Assembly: GCA_040081625.1 (NCBI GenBank)
Contig: JBEBGD010000127.1
Location: forward strand, 1-14,420
Origin: Chthoniobacteraceae bacterium
Lineage (GTDB): Bacteria > Verrucomicrobiota > Verrucomicrobiia > Chthoniobacterales > Chthoniobacteraceae
Direction of reading: 5' to 3'
Length of the DNA: 14,420 nt
This document shows, piece by piece, positions 1 to 8,105 of this stretch. The notes beneath the pieces are model-generated. The model saw nothing but the letters and a program-made list of their open reading frames with translations, had not been told where the DNA came from and did not search any database. Numbering within the stretch: position 1 is the stretch's first letter; each line of letters begins with the position of its first letter. The translations under genes and the position numbers were made by a program.

Positions 1-648
1 ATGCACATGGGCGCGGGCATCTGGAATCGCGGCAACGTCCTCGTCGGGCTGCACGGCATGTGGCAGGACGCCGGGCAGCCGCCGCCGAAAGGCGAGAGCT
101 GGAACCTCGGCGTGCGGATCGATCTCGGCCTCCTCGTGAGCAACGACGGCATCCACTTCCGCGAGCCTGTGCCCAGCTTCAAAACGATCCCGCACGGCGC
201 GGACGGCGAGTGGGACGACATCGCGATCCTGCAAGGGCACGCCTTCGTGAACGAAGGCGACAAGACGATGATCTGGTATTCGCACTGGGATACCGGCGGG
301 AAGTTAAAGACGATGGAGATCGGCCTCGCCACGCTGCGGCGCGATGGCTTCGGCTACCTGTCGCGCAAGGTCGAGGACAACGACGCGCAATTCGTGACGA
401 GCACTTTCACGGCGCGCGAGATCGCCTTGAATGTCGATGGCATCACGCCGGACGCGCCCCTGACGGCGCAGTTGCTCGACCATCGCGACCAGCCCATCGG
501 CGGATACGCCACGACGATCGCGCAGAACGGCCTTCACCAGCCGATCCAGTGGGGCAAAGCACTGCCGGCCGGCCAGCGCGTGGCGCTGCGCGTGAACTTC
601 CCCGCCAACAGCAGCGCCAAAGTGTATGCGCTCTATTTCGAGGACTGA
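1..648 (+). CDS. C-terminal part of a glycoside-hydrolase-like beta-propeller protein (five-bladed GH32/43/130-like fold plus C-terminal beta-sandwich); 5'-truncated by the window edge
   Basis: Aligns by eye with the C-terminal ~40% of 6544..8097: WNRGNVLVGLHGMW vs WNRSNVLLGIVGLW, IDLGLLVSNDGIHFREP vs VDLGFVVSNDGVNFREP, GADGEWD..ILQG vs GGDGAWD..LLQG, GLATLRRDGFG vs GIAVLPRDRFG. The ATG at 1 matches an internal position (QTHEG) of the paralogue, so it is probably not the true start. Stop TGA at 646-648. Confidence 0.8.
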   Translation: MHMGAGIWNRGNVLVGLHGMWQDAGQPPPKGESWNLGVRIDLGLLVSNDGIHFREPVPSFKTIPHGADGEWDDIAILQGHAFVNEGDKTMIWYSHWDTGGKLKTMEIGLATLRRDGFGYLSRKVEDNDAQFVTSTFTAREIALNVDGITPDAPLTAQLLDHRDQPIGGYATTIAQNGLHQPIQWGKALPAGQRVALRVNFPANSSAKVYALYFED

Positions 649-654
649 ACTGCC

Positions 655-3000
655 GTGTCCCTGAAGCTCGTCACAAAACTCAGCGACACCGATCTGCGCC
701 TGCTCGCGCGCTGCATCGATGGCTTCCTGCCGCAGCGCATCTACGACATCCACGCGCACCTCTATCACACGCGCCACTTCGCACCCGGAACGATGCCCGC
801 ATTTCTCGATGCGGATCGCGGCTATGGCTTGCGCGATTTCAGCGAGGCGATGACTCGCTGGATGCCGGGGCGCGAAGTGGAGGGTTTGTTCTTCGGCTAT
901 CCGCGCGGCGGCAACGATCGCGCCGGCGAAAATGCATGGCTGCATGAGCAGATCGCACCCGGCGTGGCGGCGGCGAATTCCCGCGCGCTCGTGCTCGCCG
1001 CGCCGACGGATGACCGCGCGGACGTGCGCCGGTTGATGGAGAGCGGCGTCTTCATCGGCCTCAAACCGTATCGCCTCTACGCCGATGTGCCGGACACGAA
1101 CGAAGCGACCATCGAGTCCTTCGCGCCCGGGTGGATGTGGGAGTTATGCCACGAACACGAAGGCGTGCTGATGCTGCACATCATGCGCGCGGGTGGCATC
1201 ACCGATCCGCATAATGTCGAGACGATCCGCCTCCTCTGCCGCCGCCATCCGCGCTGCCGGCTCGTGCTCGCGCACGTCGCGCGTTCGTTCAACTACCGCC
1301 ATGCCCGCGAGGGCCTGCGCGCCATCGCCGATCTCGACAACGTGGTCGTGGACACCTCCGCGGTCACACAGGCCGGAGCCTTCCGCGCCGCGCTGGAAAT
1401 CCTCGGCCCGCGCCGCGTGCTGTGGGGGAGCGACTACATGGTCAGCGAACTGCGCGGCTCATGCATCACGCAGGGCGACGGCTTCACGTGGATCTACTCG
1501 GAGGAAGAGTCGGCGCAGAAGCTGACGACCTTCGGCAGCTACACGCTCGTCGGCATCGAGTCGCTCATCTGCCTGCGCGAAGCCTGCGAGGACACCGGCA
1601 TGACGCCTGCGGACTTGCGCGACATTTTCCACGACAACGCGCTGCGCCTGCTCGCGCCGCATCTGCGCGCGGAGAACCAGCCCGCGCGTGTCAGCGGTCC
1701 CGAGCTCTGGTCGCGGGCGAAGACGCGGATCTCCTGCGGCACCGGCCTGCTCTCGAAGCGCGCGCACCTCTTCGATCCGGTGACGTGGCCTTCCTACTTC
1801 TCGCGATGCAAGGGCGCGGACATCTGGGATCTGGACGGGCGGCGCTTCACCGACTTCACCGGCGGCGTCGGCGCGATCCTGCTCGGGCACGGCGACGACG
1901 AGGTGAATGCCGCCGTGAAACGCCGGGTGGACTTCGGCAGTTATTGCACGCTCGCTTCGCCGGATGAAGTCGCGCTCGCCGATCTGCTGCTCGACCTGCA
2001 CCCGTGGGCGGGCAAGGTCCGCTACGCGCGCGGCGGCGGCGAAGCGCTCGCCCTCGCGGTCCGCATCGCGCGCGCGACCACGGGGAAAAGCGGCGTTGCC
2101 TTCTGCGGCTATCACGGCTGGAGCGACTGGTATCTCGCCGCGAACCTCGGCGAGAGCGACGCGCTCGACGGCCATCTCCTCCCGGGCCTGGAGCCGCACG
2201 GCGTCCCGCGCGAACTGCGCGGCACGGCGGTGCCCTTCCGCTACAACGACACCGCATCGTTTCACGCCGCGCTCGAACAACTCGGCGGCAACCTCGCCGC
2301 CGTCGTCATGGAACCGATGCGCTCCGAACTGCCGCGCGACGGCTTCCTGCAGCACGTCGCCGCCGCGTGTCGCGCGACCGGCGCGGTGTTCATCGTCGAT
2401 GAAGTCACAAGCGGCTGGCGCTTCGGTTTCCCCGGCGCGTGCCCCCGGCTCTCCGTCCAGCCCGACATCGCCGTCTATGCGAAAGCGATGAGCAACGGCA
2501 TCCCGTGCGGCGCGATTGTCGGCACCGATTCCGTGATGGACGCCGCGAACAGCAGCTTCATCTCCAGCAGCTACTGGACGGACGGCATCGGCCCCGCCGC
2601 CGCGCTCGCGTGCATCGGGAAGATGCAGCGCCTCGGTGTGCAGCAGCACGTGTGGCATCTCGGCGAACTCGTGCAGCAACGCCTCCGCAACGTCGCCGCG
2701 AAGCATCCCGCGCTGAACATCAAAGTCGCCGGAATGCCCTGCGCTCCGTCATTCGCCTTTCAGCTCGATGAACTGAGCGCCGCTGCGAAGGCGCTGTGCG
2801 TGCGCGGGATGCTCGCGCGCGGTTTTCTGTTCAGCTCGCAGCTTTACATCATGTGGCCGCACACCGAGCCGCTGATCGATACCATGATCGCCGCCCTCGA
2901 TGAGTCGCTGGCCGAAGTTGCCCGGTTTTACGCCGCCGGCACGCTGCAAACCGAGGCCGGCCCAATGCCCGCCAGCACGGGGTTCGCCCGCTTGGTGTGA
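655..3000 (+). CDS. Fusion: N-terminal metal-dependent amidohydrolase (Amidohydro_2-like TIM barrel, ~655-1660) and C-terminal class III PLP-dependent aminotransferase (~1696-3000)
   Basis: Amidohydrolase motifs: DIHAH (HxH, 751-759), GLKPY, MLH, LAHVAR, DTSAV, RVLWGSDY (Asp 1432), DNALRLL. Aminotransferase III motifs: KGADIWDLDGRRFTDF, LLGH, GGEA, GYHG, MEP, IVDEVTSGWR, PDIAVYAKAMSNG (PLP Lys 2482-2484). One uninterrupted frame from GTG at 655. Confidence 0.9.
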   Translation: MSLKLVTKLSDTDLRLLARCIDGFLPQRIYDIHAHLYHTRHFAPGTMPAFLDADRGYGLRDFSEAMTRWMPGREVEGLFFGYPRGGNDRAGENAWLHEQIAPGVAAANSRALVLAAPTDDRADVRRLMESGVFIGLKPYRLYADVPDTNEATIESFAPGWMWELCHEHEGVLMLHIMRAGGITDPHNVETIRLLCRRHPRCRLVLAHVARSFNYRHAREGLRAIADLDNVVVDTSAVTQAGAFRAALEILGPRRVLWGSDYMVSELRGSCITQGDGFTWIYSEEESAQKLTTFGSYTLVGIESLICLREACEDTGMTPADLRDIFHDNALRLLAPHLRAENQPARVSGPELWSRAKTRISCGTGLLSKRAHLFDPVTWPSYFSRCKGADIWDLDGRRFTDFTGGVGAILLGHGDDEVNAAVKRRVDFGSYCTLASPDEVALADLLLDLHPWAGKVRYARGGGEALALAVRIARATTGKSGVAFCGYHGWSDWYLAANLGESDALDGHLLPGLEPHGVPRELRGTAVPFRYNDTASFHAALEQLGGNLAAVVMEPMRSELPRDGFLQHVAAACRATGAVFIVDEVTSGWRFGFPGACPRLSVQPDIAVYAKAMSNGIPCGAIVGTDSVMDAANSSFISSSYWTDGIGPAAALACIGKMQRLGVQQHVWHLGELVQQRLRNVAAKHPALNIKVAGMPCAPSFAFQLDELSAAAKALCVRGMLARGFLFSSQLYIMWPHTEPLIDTMIAALDESLAEVARFYAAGTLQTEAGPMPASTGFARLV

Positions 3001-3020
3001 TCTCGAAAATGCGTCCAACC

Positions 3021-4586
3021 ATGAAAACACTCCTCATCCTGCTTTGCGCCGCGTCGAGCGTCCTGTCCGCCGAGCGCACGATCCTCTTCGTCGATGACCA
3101 CGACGTGCTCTACCGCTCGGGCACGCGGCGCTTTCTCAACGTGCCCGTGAAGCACGCGCGCAATCCGCTCATCACCGAGGACAAGCCGTGGGAGTTGACG
3201 ATCGGCTGGACGAGCGTTCACCGCGACGCAACGACCGGGAAATACCAGCTCTGGTATCAAGCCTATGCAGGCACGCGGGCGCAGAAGAAGACGCACGAAT
3301 GCACCGTCGCTTACGCGGAGTCCGACGACGGCATCACGTTCACGAAGCCGAACCTCGGGCTGTTCGATTTCAACGGCGAGAAGGACACGAACATCGTGCT
3401 CGTCGGCAGCGGCGTGCTGGGTGATCGCTACTGCAATTCAGTCGTCGTGGACCCGCGCGATCCCGATCCGGCGCGGCGTTACAAGATGCTGTTCAGCGAT
3501 TGGAGCGTGGACGAGAAGGGCGGGTATTGGGTCGGGGCGCACGCCGCGTTTTCACCCGACGGCATCCGCTGGACGAAGCACCCGGGGCCGCCGCTACAGC
3601 GCTCCTACTACGGGCTGAAAAAAGTGCAGCCTCCCTTCACCGGTGAGAATCCGTTTCGTGAAATCAAATCGCCCGACGGCCGCATCCGGCGAGCCGCGCT
3701 GCTGCCGCTCACGCACTCGGATGCGGCGGACGTCATCTACGATCCGAAGCGGAAGGCGTTCGTGCTCTACGGCAAAATGTGGATCGACGGACCGGACGGC
3801 GGGCTCGGGTGGAAACACGGGATGGGGCGCAGCGAGAGCAAAGATTTTCTCAACTGGTCGAAGCCGCAGCTCGTCTGCGCGCCCGACGATACGGACGGCG
3901 CGCTCGAGTTTCACACGTCGCCGGTGTTCATCCATCGCGAGCGATATTTCAGCCTGAACCAAATCCTCAACCGCACGGCCAAGGGCATGATGGACATCGA
4001 GCTGATGGTGAGCCGCGACGGCTTCGAATGGGTGCGGCCGTTTCGCGCGCCGTGGTTCATTCCGCGCAGTCCGGGAGAGCAGTTCGACAGCGGCACGATC
4101 GTGACGAACGCGAACATGATCGTCCACGGCGAGGAGATGCGGTTTTACTACGGCGCCTACAGCAGCGGCGCGATCGGCGGCGGCACGGACATCACGGGCG
4201 ATCAGCAGAAGAGCGGCGTCGGGCTCGCGACGCTGCCGCTCGATCGTTTCGCCGGCATCCGCTCCGAGGCGGAAGCGCCAAGCGCGAAAGTGAAAGCGCC
4301 GCCGGACATCGGCCAGATCACGCTCAAGCCGCTCGACCTCGCGAAGCGGAAGGAAATCCACGTCAACGCCAATGCCGTCGGTGGTGTGGTGCAGGGCGAA
4401 CTTCTCGACGAGAGCGGCTTCCGCGTGCCTGGCTTCGACAAGGCGAATAGCGTGTCGCTGCGCAAAGACGCGGTGCGCCAACGCCTCGGGTGGAAGGGTA
4501 AAAAGCTCGCCGAGCTACCACCGGGCCGCTATCACTTGCGGCTGCATCTGCAAAAGGCGGAGGTCTTCGCCGTGACGCTACGATGA
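3021..4586 (+). CDS. Secreted glycoside-hydrolase-like beta-propeller protein of unknown specificity
   Basis: Sec signal MKTLLILLCAASSVLS-AE. Blade motifs AYAESDDGITFTKP, AFSPDGIRW, SESKDFLNW, VSRDGFEW, then EMRFYYG and GLATLPLDRF, and a C-terminal sandwich (VNANA..GVVQGELLD..G.RVPGF). ATG 3021 was chosen because it begins the signal peptide; in-frame alternatives are ATG 3009 and GTG 2997 (GTGA overlap with the upstream stop). Confidence 0.8.
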   Translation: MKTLLILLCAASSVLSAERTILFVDDHDVLYRSGTRRFLNVPVKHARNPLITEDKPWELTIGWTSVHRDATTGKYQLWYQAYAGTRAQKKTHECTVAYAESDDGITFTKPNLGLFDFNGEKDTNIVLVGSGVLGDRYCNSVVVDPRDPDPARRYKMLFSDWSVDEKGGYWVGAHAAFSPDGIRWTKHPGPPLQRSYYGLKKVQPPFTGENPFREIKSPDGRIRRAALLPLTHSDAADVIYDPKRKAFVLYGKMWIDGPDGGLGWKHGMGRSESKDFLNWSKPQLVCAPDDTDGALEFHTSPVFIHRERYFSLNQILNRTAKGMMDIELMVSRDGFEWVRPFRAPWFIPRSPGEQFDSGTIVTNANMIVHGEEMRFYYGAYSSGAIGGGTDITGDQQKSGVGLATLPLDRFAGIRSEAEAPSAKVKAPPDIGQITLKPLDLAKRKEIHVNANAVGGVVQGELLDESGFRVPGFDKANSVSLRKDAVRQRLGWKGKKLAELPPGRYHLRLHLQKAEVFAVTLR

Positions 4587-6547
4587 AACTCCTGCTCTCA
4601 CTCCTGCTCTGCACGACGGCGGTCATCGCGCAGACCGAGCCGACGTTCCGCGACATCAGCTACGGTCCGCACGAGCGGCACAAGCTCGACGTGTGGCAGG
4701 CGAGATCGGATGCGCCCACGCCGCTCGTGATCTTCATCCACGGCGGCGGCTGGCATGGCGGCGACAAGGCGGATGTGCCCGCAAAACTCGTCGGCTTCAT
4801 GCTCGCACGCGGCGTGTCCGTCGCGTCGATCAACTACCGCTACACGAGCATCGCCATCCTTCCCGCGCCGGTGCACGACGCCGCGCGCGCGGTTCAATAC
4901 CTCCGCAGCAAGGCCGCCGAATGGAAACTCGATCCGAAGCGCTTCGCCGCCTACGGCATTTCCGCAGGCGCGACCTCTACGCTGTGGCTCGCGTATCACG
5001 ACGACCTCGCCGATCCGCGCAGCGCCGATCCCGTCGCGCGCGAATCGAGCCGGCTCCAGGCCGCGGTGGGCATGTCGCCGCAGACCTCGCTTGAACCCGA
5101 AGTCGTCGTCGGCTGGGCCGGCGCGCAGGTCTTGAATCATCCGATGATCGCGCGGGCCGTCGGCGCAAAGAAACTCGATGAAATGAAGTCGCCGAGCGCC
5201 GCGTGGACGGCGCTGCTCCGGGAGTTCTCGCCGATCAATCACGTCTCGCACGACGATCCGCCCGTGCTCATCTCGAATCCGAAGTTCGACCCGCTGCCCG
5301 CCGCGAATGCCGGCAGCGCGATTCATCACGCGATCTTCGGCACAAAGCTGAAGGAGAAGGCCGACGCCGCGAGGGTGCCGTGCGTCCTGCGAATCGAAGA
5401 TCAGAAAGACAAGGCTGCACCGACGCCGGAGGAATTCCTCATCAAGCATCTCCTCTCCGCCACCGAGGCCCGTCAGCGCGCGCGCGAGGCGGCGGTGCAG
5501 TCGGCGGGAATCGACCGCGCCTTGTCGAAGGATATGCCGGAGCAGGTGAAGGCGCTGCCGATCTTCGGCGGGATCGATTGGACGGTGAAGGAATTGCCCT
5601 TCGTCACCAAAGGTCCGCACGCCGGGATCAGCGGCGCGGGCATGGTCGTCGTGGACGGGCAGATTTATCTCGCCGGTGGATTCATCCCCGCGGGCGACGG
5701 GACGCAGGATGCCAGCTACCGCACGTCGCGCTGGGCACACCGCTACGACCCGAAGACCGGCGAGTGGACGCAGCTCCCAGATCTCCCCGCGCGTCGCGAA
5801 TACACGCGCGCGATCGCGACCAACGACGCGGTGTTCGTGCTCGGCGGTTTCATTCAAGGACGGCCCGGCCTGCCCGCCGCCGATGTCTTCCGGCTCGATG
5901 TGAATCAGCCGCCGCCGCAATGGACGACCGTCGCGCCGCTGACCGTCCCGCGCACGCACATGGCGGTGGGGAAAGTGGGAAGCAAGCTGGTCGTCGCTGG
6001 CGGGAACAAGTATGATGTCGCGGAGAAAGGCTACAGCCCGAACACCATCCAGGGCGTCACGGATATCTTCGACCTCACCAAGCCGGAGCAGGGCTGGGAA
6101 CAACGCGCGACGATCCCCGGCAGTCCACGCGGTTGGAGCGCATCGGCAGTGGTGGGCGAAAAGTTTTACATGCTCGGCGGCGTGACGTGGACCGCGAAGG
6201 CGCGAGTGCGGCTCGCGGAGACGCTGAGCTACGATCCGGCGCGCGACGAGTGGAAGCGGCTCGCCGATTTCCCGATGCCGATCTCAGGCTGGGAAGCCGA
6301 CACTTTCGCCGACCGCTACCTCATCGCCATCGGCGGCGCGGGCACGCGCTGGAACGACGTGCCGTTCGTCTATGACTCGAAGACGGATCGCTGGATGCGG
6401 ATCGAGGGTCCGCTGCCGCCCGGCGCGTTGTTCAACGACCCCGGTGTGTGCATCGTCGGCGACACGATCTATGTCGCCGGCGGCGAAGGCTCCGGCGGCA
6501 GCCACTTCAATCACTTCCTCATCGGGCGGATTCGCCCCCGCCAATGA
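4583..6547 (+). CDS. Secreted fusion: alpha/beta-hydrolase (HSL/BD-FAE-like carboxylesterase, ~4630-5455) and six-repeat Kelch beta-propeller (~5575-6547)
   Basis: Signal peptide MKLLLSLLLCTTAVIA-Q. Esterase motifs HGGGW (oxyanion hole), SINYRY, G-I-S-A-G nucleophile (Ser 4961-4963) and IHH near the domain end. Six Kelch GG repeats: QIYLAGG, AVFVLGG, KLVVAGG, KFYMLGG, YLIAIGG, TIYVAGG, with YDP..W turns. ATGA overlap with the upstream stop. Confidence 0.88.
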   Translation: MKLLLSLLLCTTAVIAQTEPTFRDISYGPHERHKLDVWQARSDAPTPLVIFIHGGGWHGGDKADVPAKLVGFMLARGVSVASINYRYTSIAILPAPVHDAARAVQYLRSKAAEWKLDPKRFAAYGISAGATSTLWLAYHDDLADPRSADPVARESSRLQAAVGMSPQTSLEPEVVVGWAGAQVLNHPMIARAVGAKKLDEMKSPSAAWTALLREFSPINHVSHDDPPVLISNPKFDPLPAANAGSAIHHAIFGTKLKEKADAARVPCVLRIEDQKDKAAPTPEEFLIKHLLSATEARQRAREAAVQSAGIDRALSKDMPEQVKALPIFGGIDWTVKELPFVTKGPHAGISGAGMVVVDGQIYLAGGFIPAGDGTQDASYRTSRWAHRYDPKTGEWTQLPDLPARREYTRAIATNDAVFVLGGFIQGRPGLPAADVFRLDVNQPPPQWTTVAPLTVPRTHMAVGKVGSKLVVAGGNKYDVAEKGYSPNTIQGVTDIFDLTKPEQGWEQRATIPGSPRGWSASAVVGEKFYMLGGVTWTAKARVRLAETLSYDPARDEWKRLADFPMPISGWEADTFADRYLIAIGGAGTRWNDVPFVYDSKTDRWMRIEGPLPPGALFNDPGVCIVGDTIYVAGGEGSGGSHFNHFLIGRIRPRQ

Positions 6548-6555
6548 ACTGGCCA
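6542..6555 (+). repeat. 14-bp direct repeat CAATGAACTGGCCA, copy 1 (copy 2 at 8092..8105)
   Basis: Exact match read from the sequence. Both copies span an ATGA stop/start junction and both downstream genes begin MNWP. Confidence 0.85.
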
Positions 6556-8097
6556 CGGCATCTCTCCGCCTGCGCGCTGCTGCTCAGTCCCATCGCGAGC
6601 GCCGCCGATTTCTTCGACGAGACCAAAGCCAGGACACTCTTCGCGTTCGACGGCGTCTCCATCCCCCACACGCAGAATCTCCGACTCGAAATGCGAGCGC
6701 CGACGCGACATCCCGCGAACCCCGTGGTGCGGCGCGGCGCGCCGGGCACGCCCGACGCGATGGGCGTGCAATTCTACGGCTCGGTCATCCGCGAGGGCGG
6801 CAGGTTCCGCATGTGGTATGTCGCGTTCGACGACGACACGACGAACAAGGTCGCGTCCGCGCGGTGGCGCGCCGCGTATGCGGAGAGCACCGATGGCGTG
6901 GCGTGGACGAAGCCGAACCTCGGCCTTGTCGAGTTCGCCGGGAGCAAGAACAACAACCTCATCCTCACCGACCCCGCGCCGCTCGGCTTCGTGAACCTTA
7001 AGGTGCTGGCCGATCCCGATGATCCCGATCCGCAGCGCCGCTACAAGATTTCCACCCACGTCTATTTCCGGGACAAGCGGCGGCTCGGCACGCTCGCGCC
7101 GTTTGCGAGCGCGGACGGCTTGCGCTGGAAGATGCTCGTGCCTGCGCAGACGAAGAACGCGGAGCTGACAAAGGACAGCCTCGTGCTGCCGGCGATCCAT
7201 TTCGAGCCGTGCGGCGGGCTCTACAAATGGGATGGGATGTTTTACGCCTGCGGTCAGAACGCGCTGAATGCGACGCGTCCGTATCAAGGCCGCGTGACGA
7301 GGATGATTCGATCGGCGGACTTCGTGAACTGGTCGCCGACGAGCAGCATCGGTTTCATCCGCACGCCGCAGCACGGCACGCTCGGGCCGGGTCGCAGTCT
7401 CGAGGGCGAGCAGACGCACGAGGGCATCAGCGTGTGGAACCGGAGCAACGTGCTGCTCGGCATCGTCGGGCTGTGGCATGGCGCGCCGGAGTGGAAAGAC
7501 ATCTCCGTCGATCTCGGTTTCGTCGTGAGCAACGACGGTGTGAACTTCCGCGAGCCCGCGCACGAGTGGACCTGGCTCAAGCGCGGCGGGGACGGCGCGT
7601 GGGATCAGGGCGGCCTGCTGCAAGGGCAGGGCTTCGAGAACGTCGGCGGGCAGACGTTTATCTATTACGGCGCGTGGGACCCGCGGCACACGGGAGGGCC
7701 GGTGCAGCCACGCGGCGGCGTCGGCATCGCGGTGCTGCCGCGCGATCGCTTCGGCGAACTCGTCGTCGAGACTGCGGGCGAAGGGCCGGGCGACTATCAG
7801 GTTCCGAAGGTCACGAGCGAGTTCCTCACCACCTCGCTTCCGACGCGGGGGAAGACCGCGTTTTTTCTCAACGCCGACGGACTCGGAGCGGAAGCGGCGC
7901 TGCGCGTGGAGTTACTCGATCATCTGGAAAGACCGCTGCCCGGTTACTCCGCGGTCGTGCGCGAGAGCGGGTTTCAGACACCGATCCCTTTTGCCGCCGG
8001 AGAGGCTCTGCCGGAGCGCGTGCGCGTGCGCGTCGTCTTCGAGGGCGCAAAGCGGACCGGCATCCGCTTCAGTGCGATCTATCTCCAACAACAATGA
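6544..8097 (+). CDS. Secreted glycoside-hydrolase-like beta-propeller protein, paralogue of 1..648 and 3021..4586
   Basis: ATG 6544 overlaps the upstream TGA (ATGA) and begins the signal peptide MNWPRHLSACALLLSPIASA-AD. Motifs PANPVV, FRMWY, AYAESTDGVAWTKPNLG, DPDPQRRYK, ASADGLRW, RSADFVNW, VSNDGVNF. The ORF-track start at 6448 is an over-extension. Confidence 0.85.
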   Translation: MNWPRHLSACALLLSPIASAADFFDETKARTLFAFDGVSIPHTQNLRLEMRAPTRHPANPVVRRGAPGTPDAMGVQFYGSVIREGGRFRMWYVAFDDDTTNKVASARWRAAYAESTDGVAWTKPNLGLVEFAGSKNNNLILTDPAPLGFVNLKVLADPDDPDPQRRYKISTHVYFRDKRRLGTLAPFASADGLRWKMLVPAQTKNAELTKDSLVLPAIHFEPCGGLYKWDGMFYACGQNALNATRPYQGRVTRMIRSADFVNWSPTSSIGFIRTPQHGTLGPGRSLEGEQTHEGISVWNRSNVLLGIVGLWHGAPEWKDISVDLGFVVSNDGVNFREPAHEWTWLKRGGDGAWDQGGLLQGQGFENVGGQTFIYYGAWDPRHTGGPVQPRGGVGIAVLPRDRFGELVVETAGEGPGDYQVPKVTSEFLTTSLPTRGKTAFFLNADGLGAEAALRVELLDHLERPLPGYSAVVRESGFQTPIPFAAGEALPERVRVRVVFEGAKRTGIRFSAIYLQQQ

Positions 8098-8105
8098 ACT
8101 GGCCA
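8092..8105 (+). repeat. 14-bp direct repeat CAATGAACTGGCCA, copy 2
   Basis: Exact match to 6542..6555. Confidence 0.85.

Noticed and set aside
4588..4610. Tandem ACTCCTGCTCT x2 in the signal peptide
   Set aside because: Leucine-rich signal-peptide coding; only two units, so not a credible phase-variation tract.
3021..4625. Lipoprotein signals (Cys in the leaders of the 3021 and 4583 genes)
   Set aside because: The LLC context does not fit the L-[AS]-[GA]-C lipobox; signal peptidase I sites are more plausible.
5527..5536. Possible internal start (GAAGGA-T-ATG) for a separate Kelch protein
   Set aside because: The SD-like sequence is only 1 nt from the ATG, there is no upstream stop and no signal peptide follows.
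3342..6923. 17-nt match ACGAAGCCGAACCTCGG at 3342..3358 and 6907..6923
   Set aside because: Encodes the conserved TKPNLG motif of paralogous propellers.
7209..8093. N-terminal extension of the 735-aa track ORF
   Set aside because: Out-of-frame overlap with the propeller gene and no recognisable motifs; the real start is the coupled ATG at 8094.
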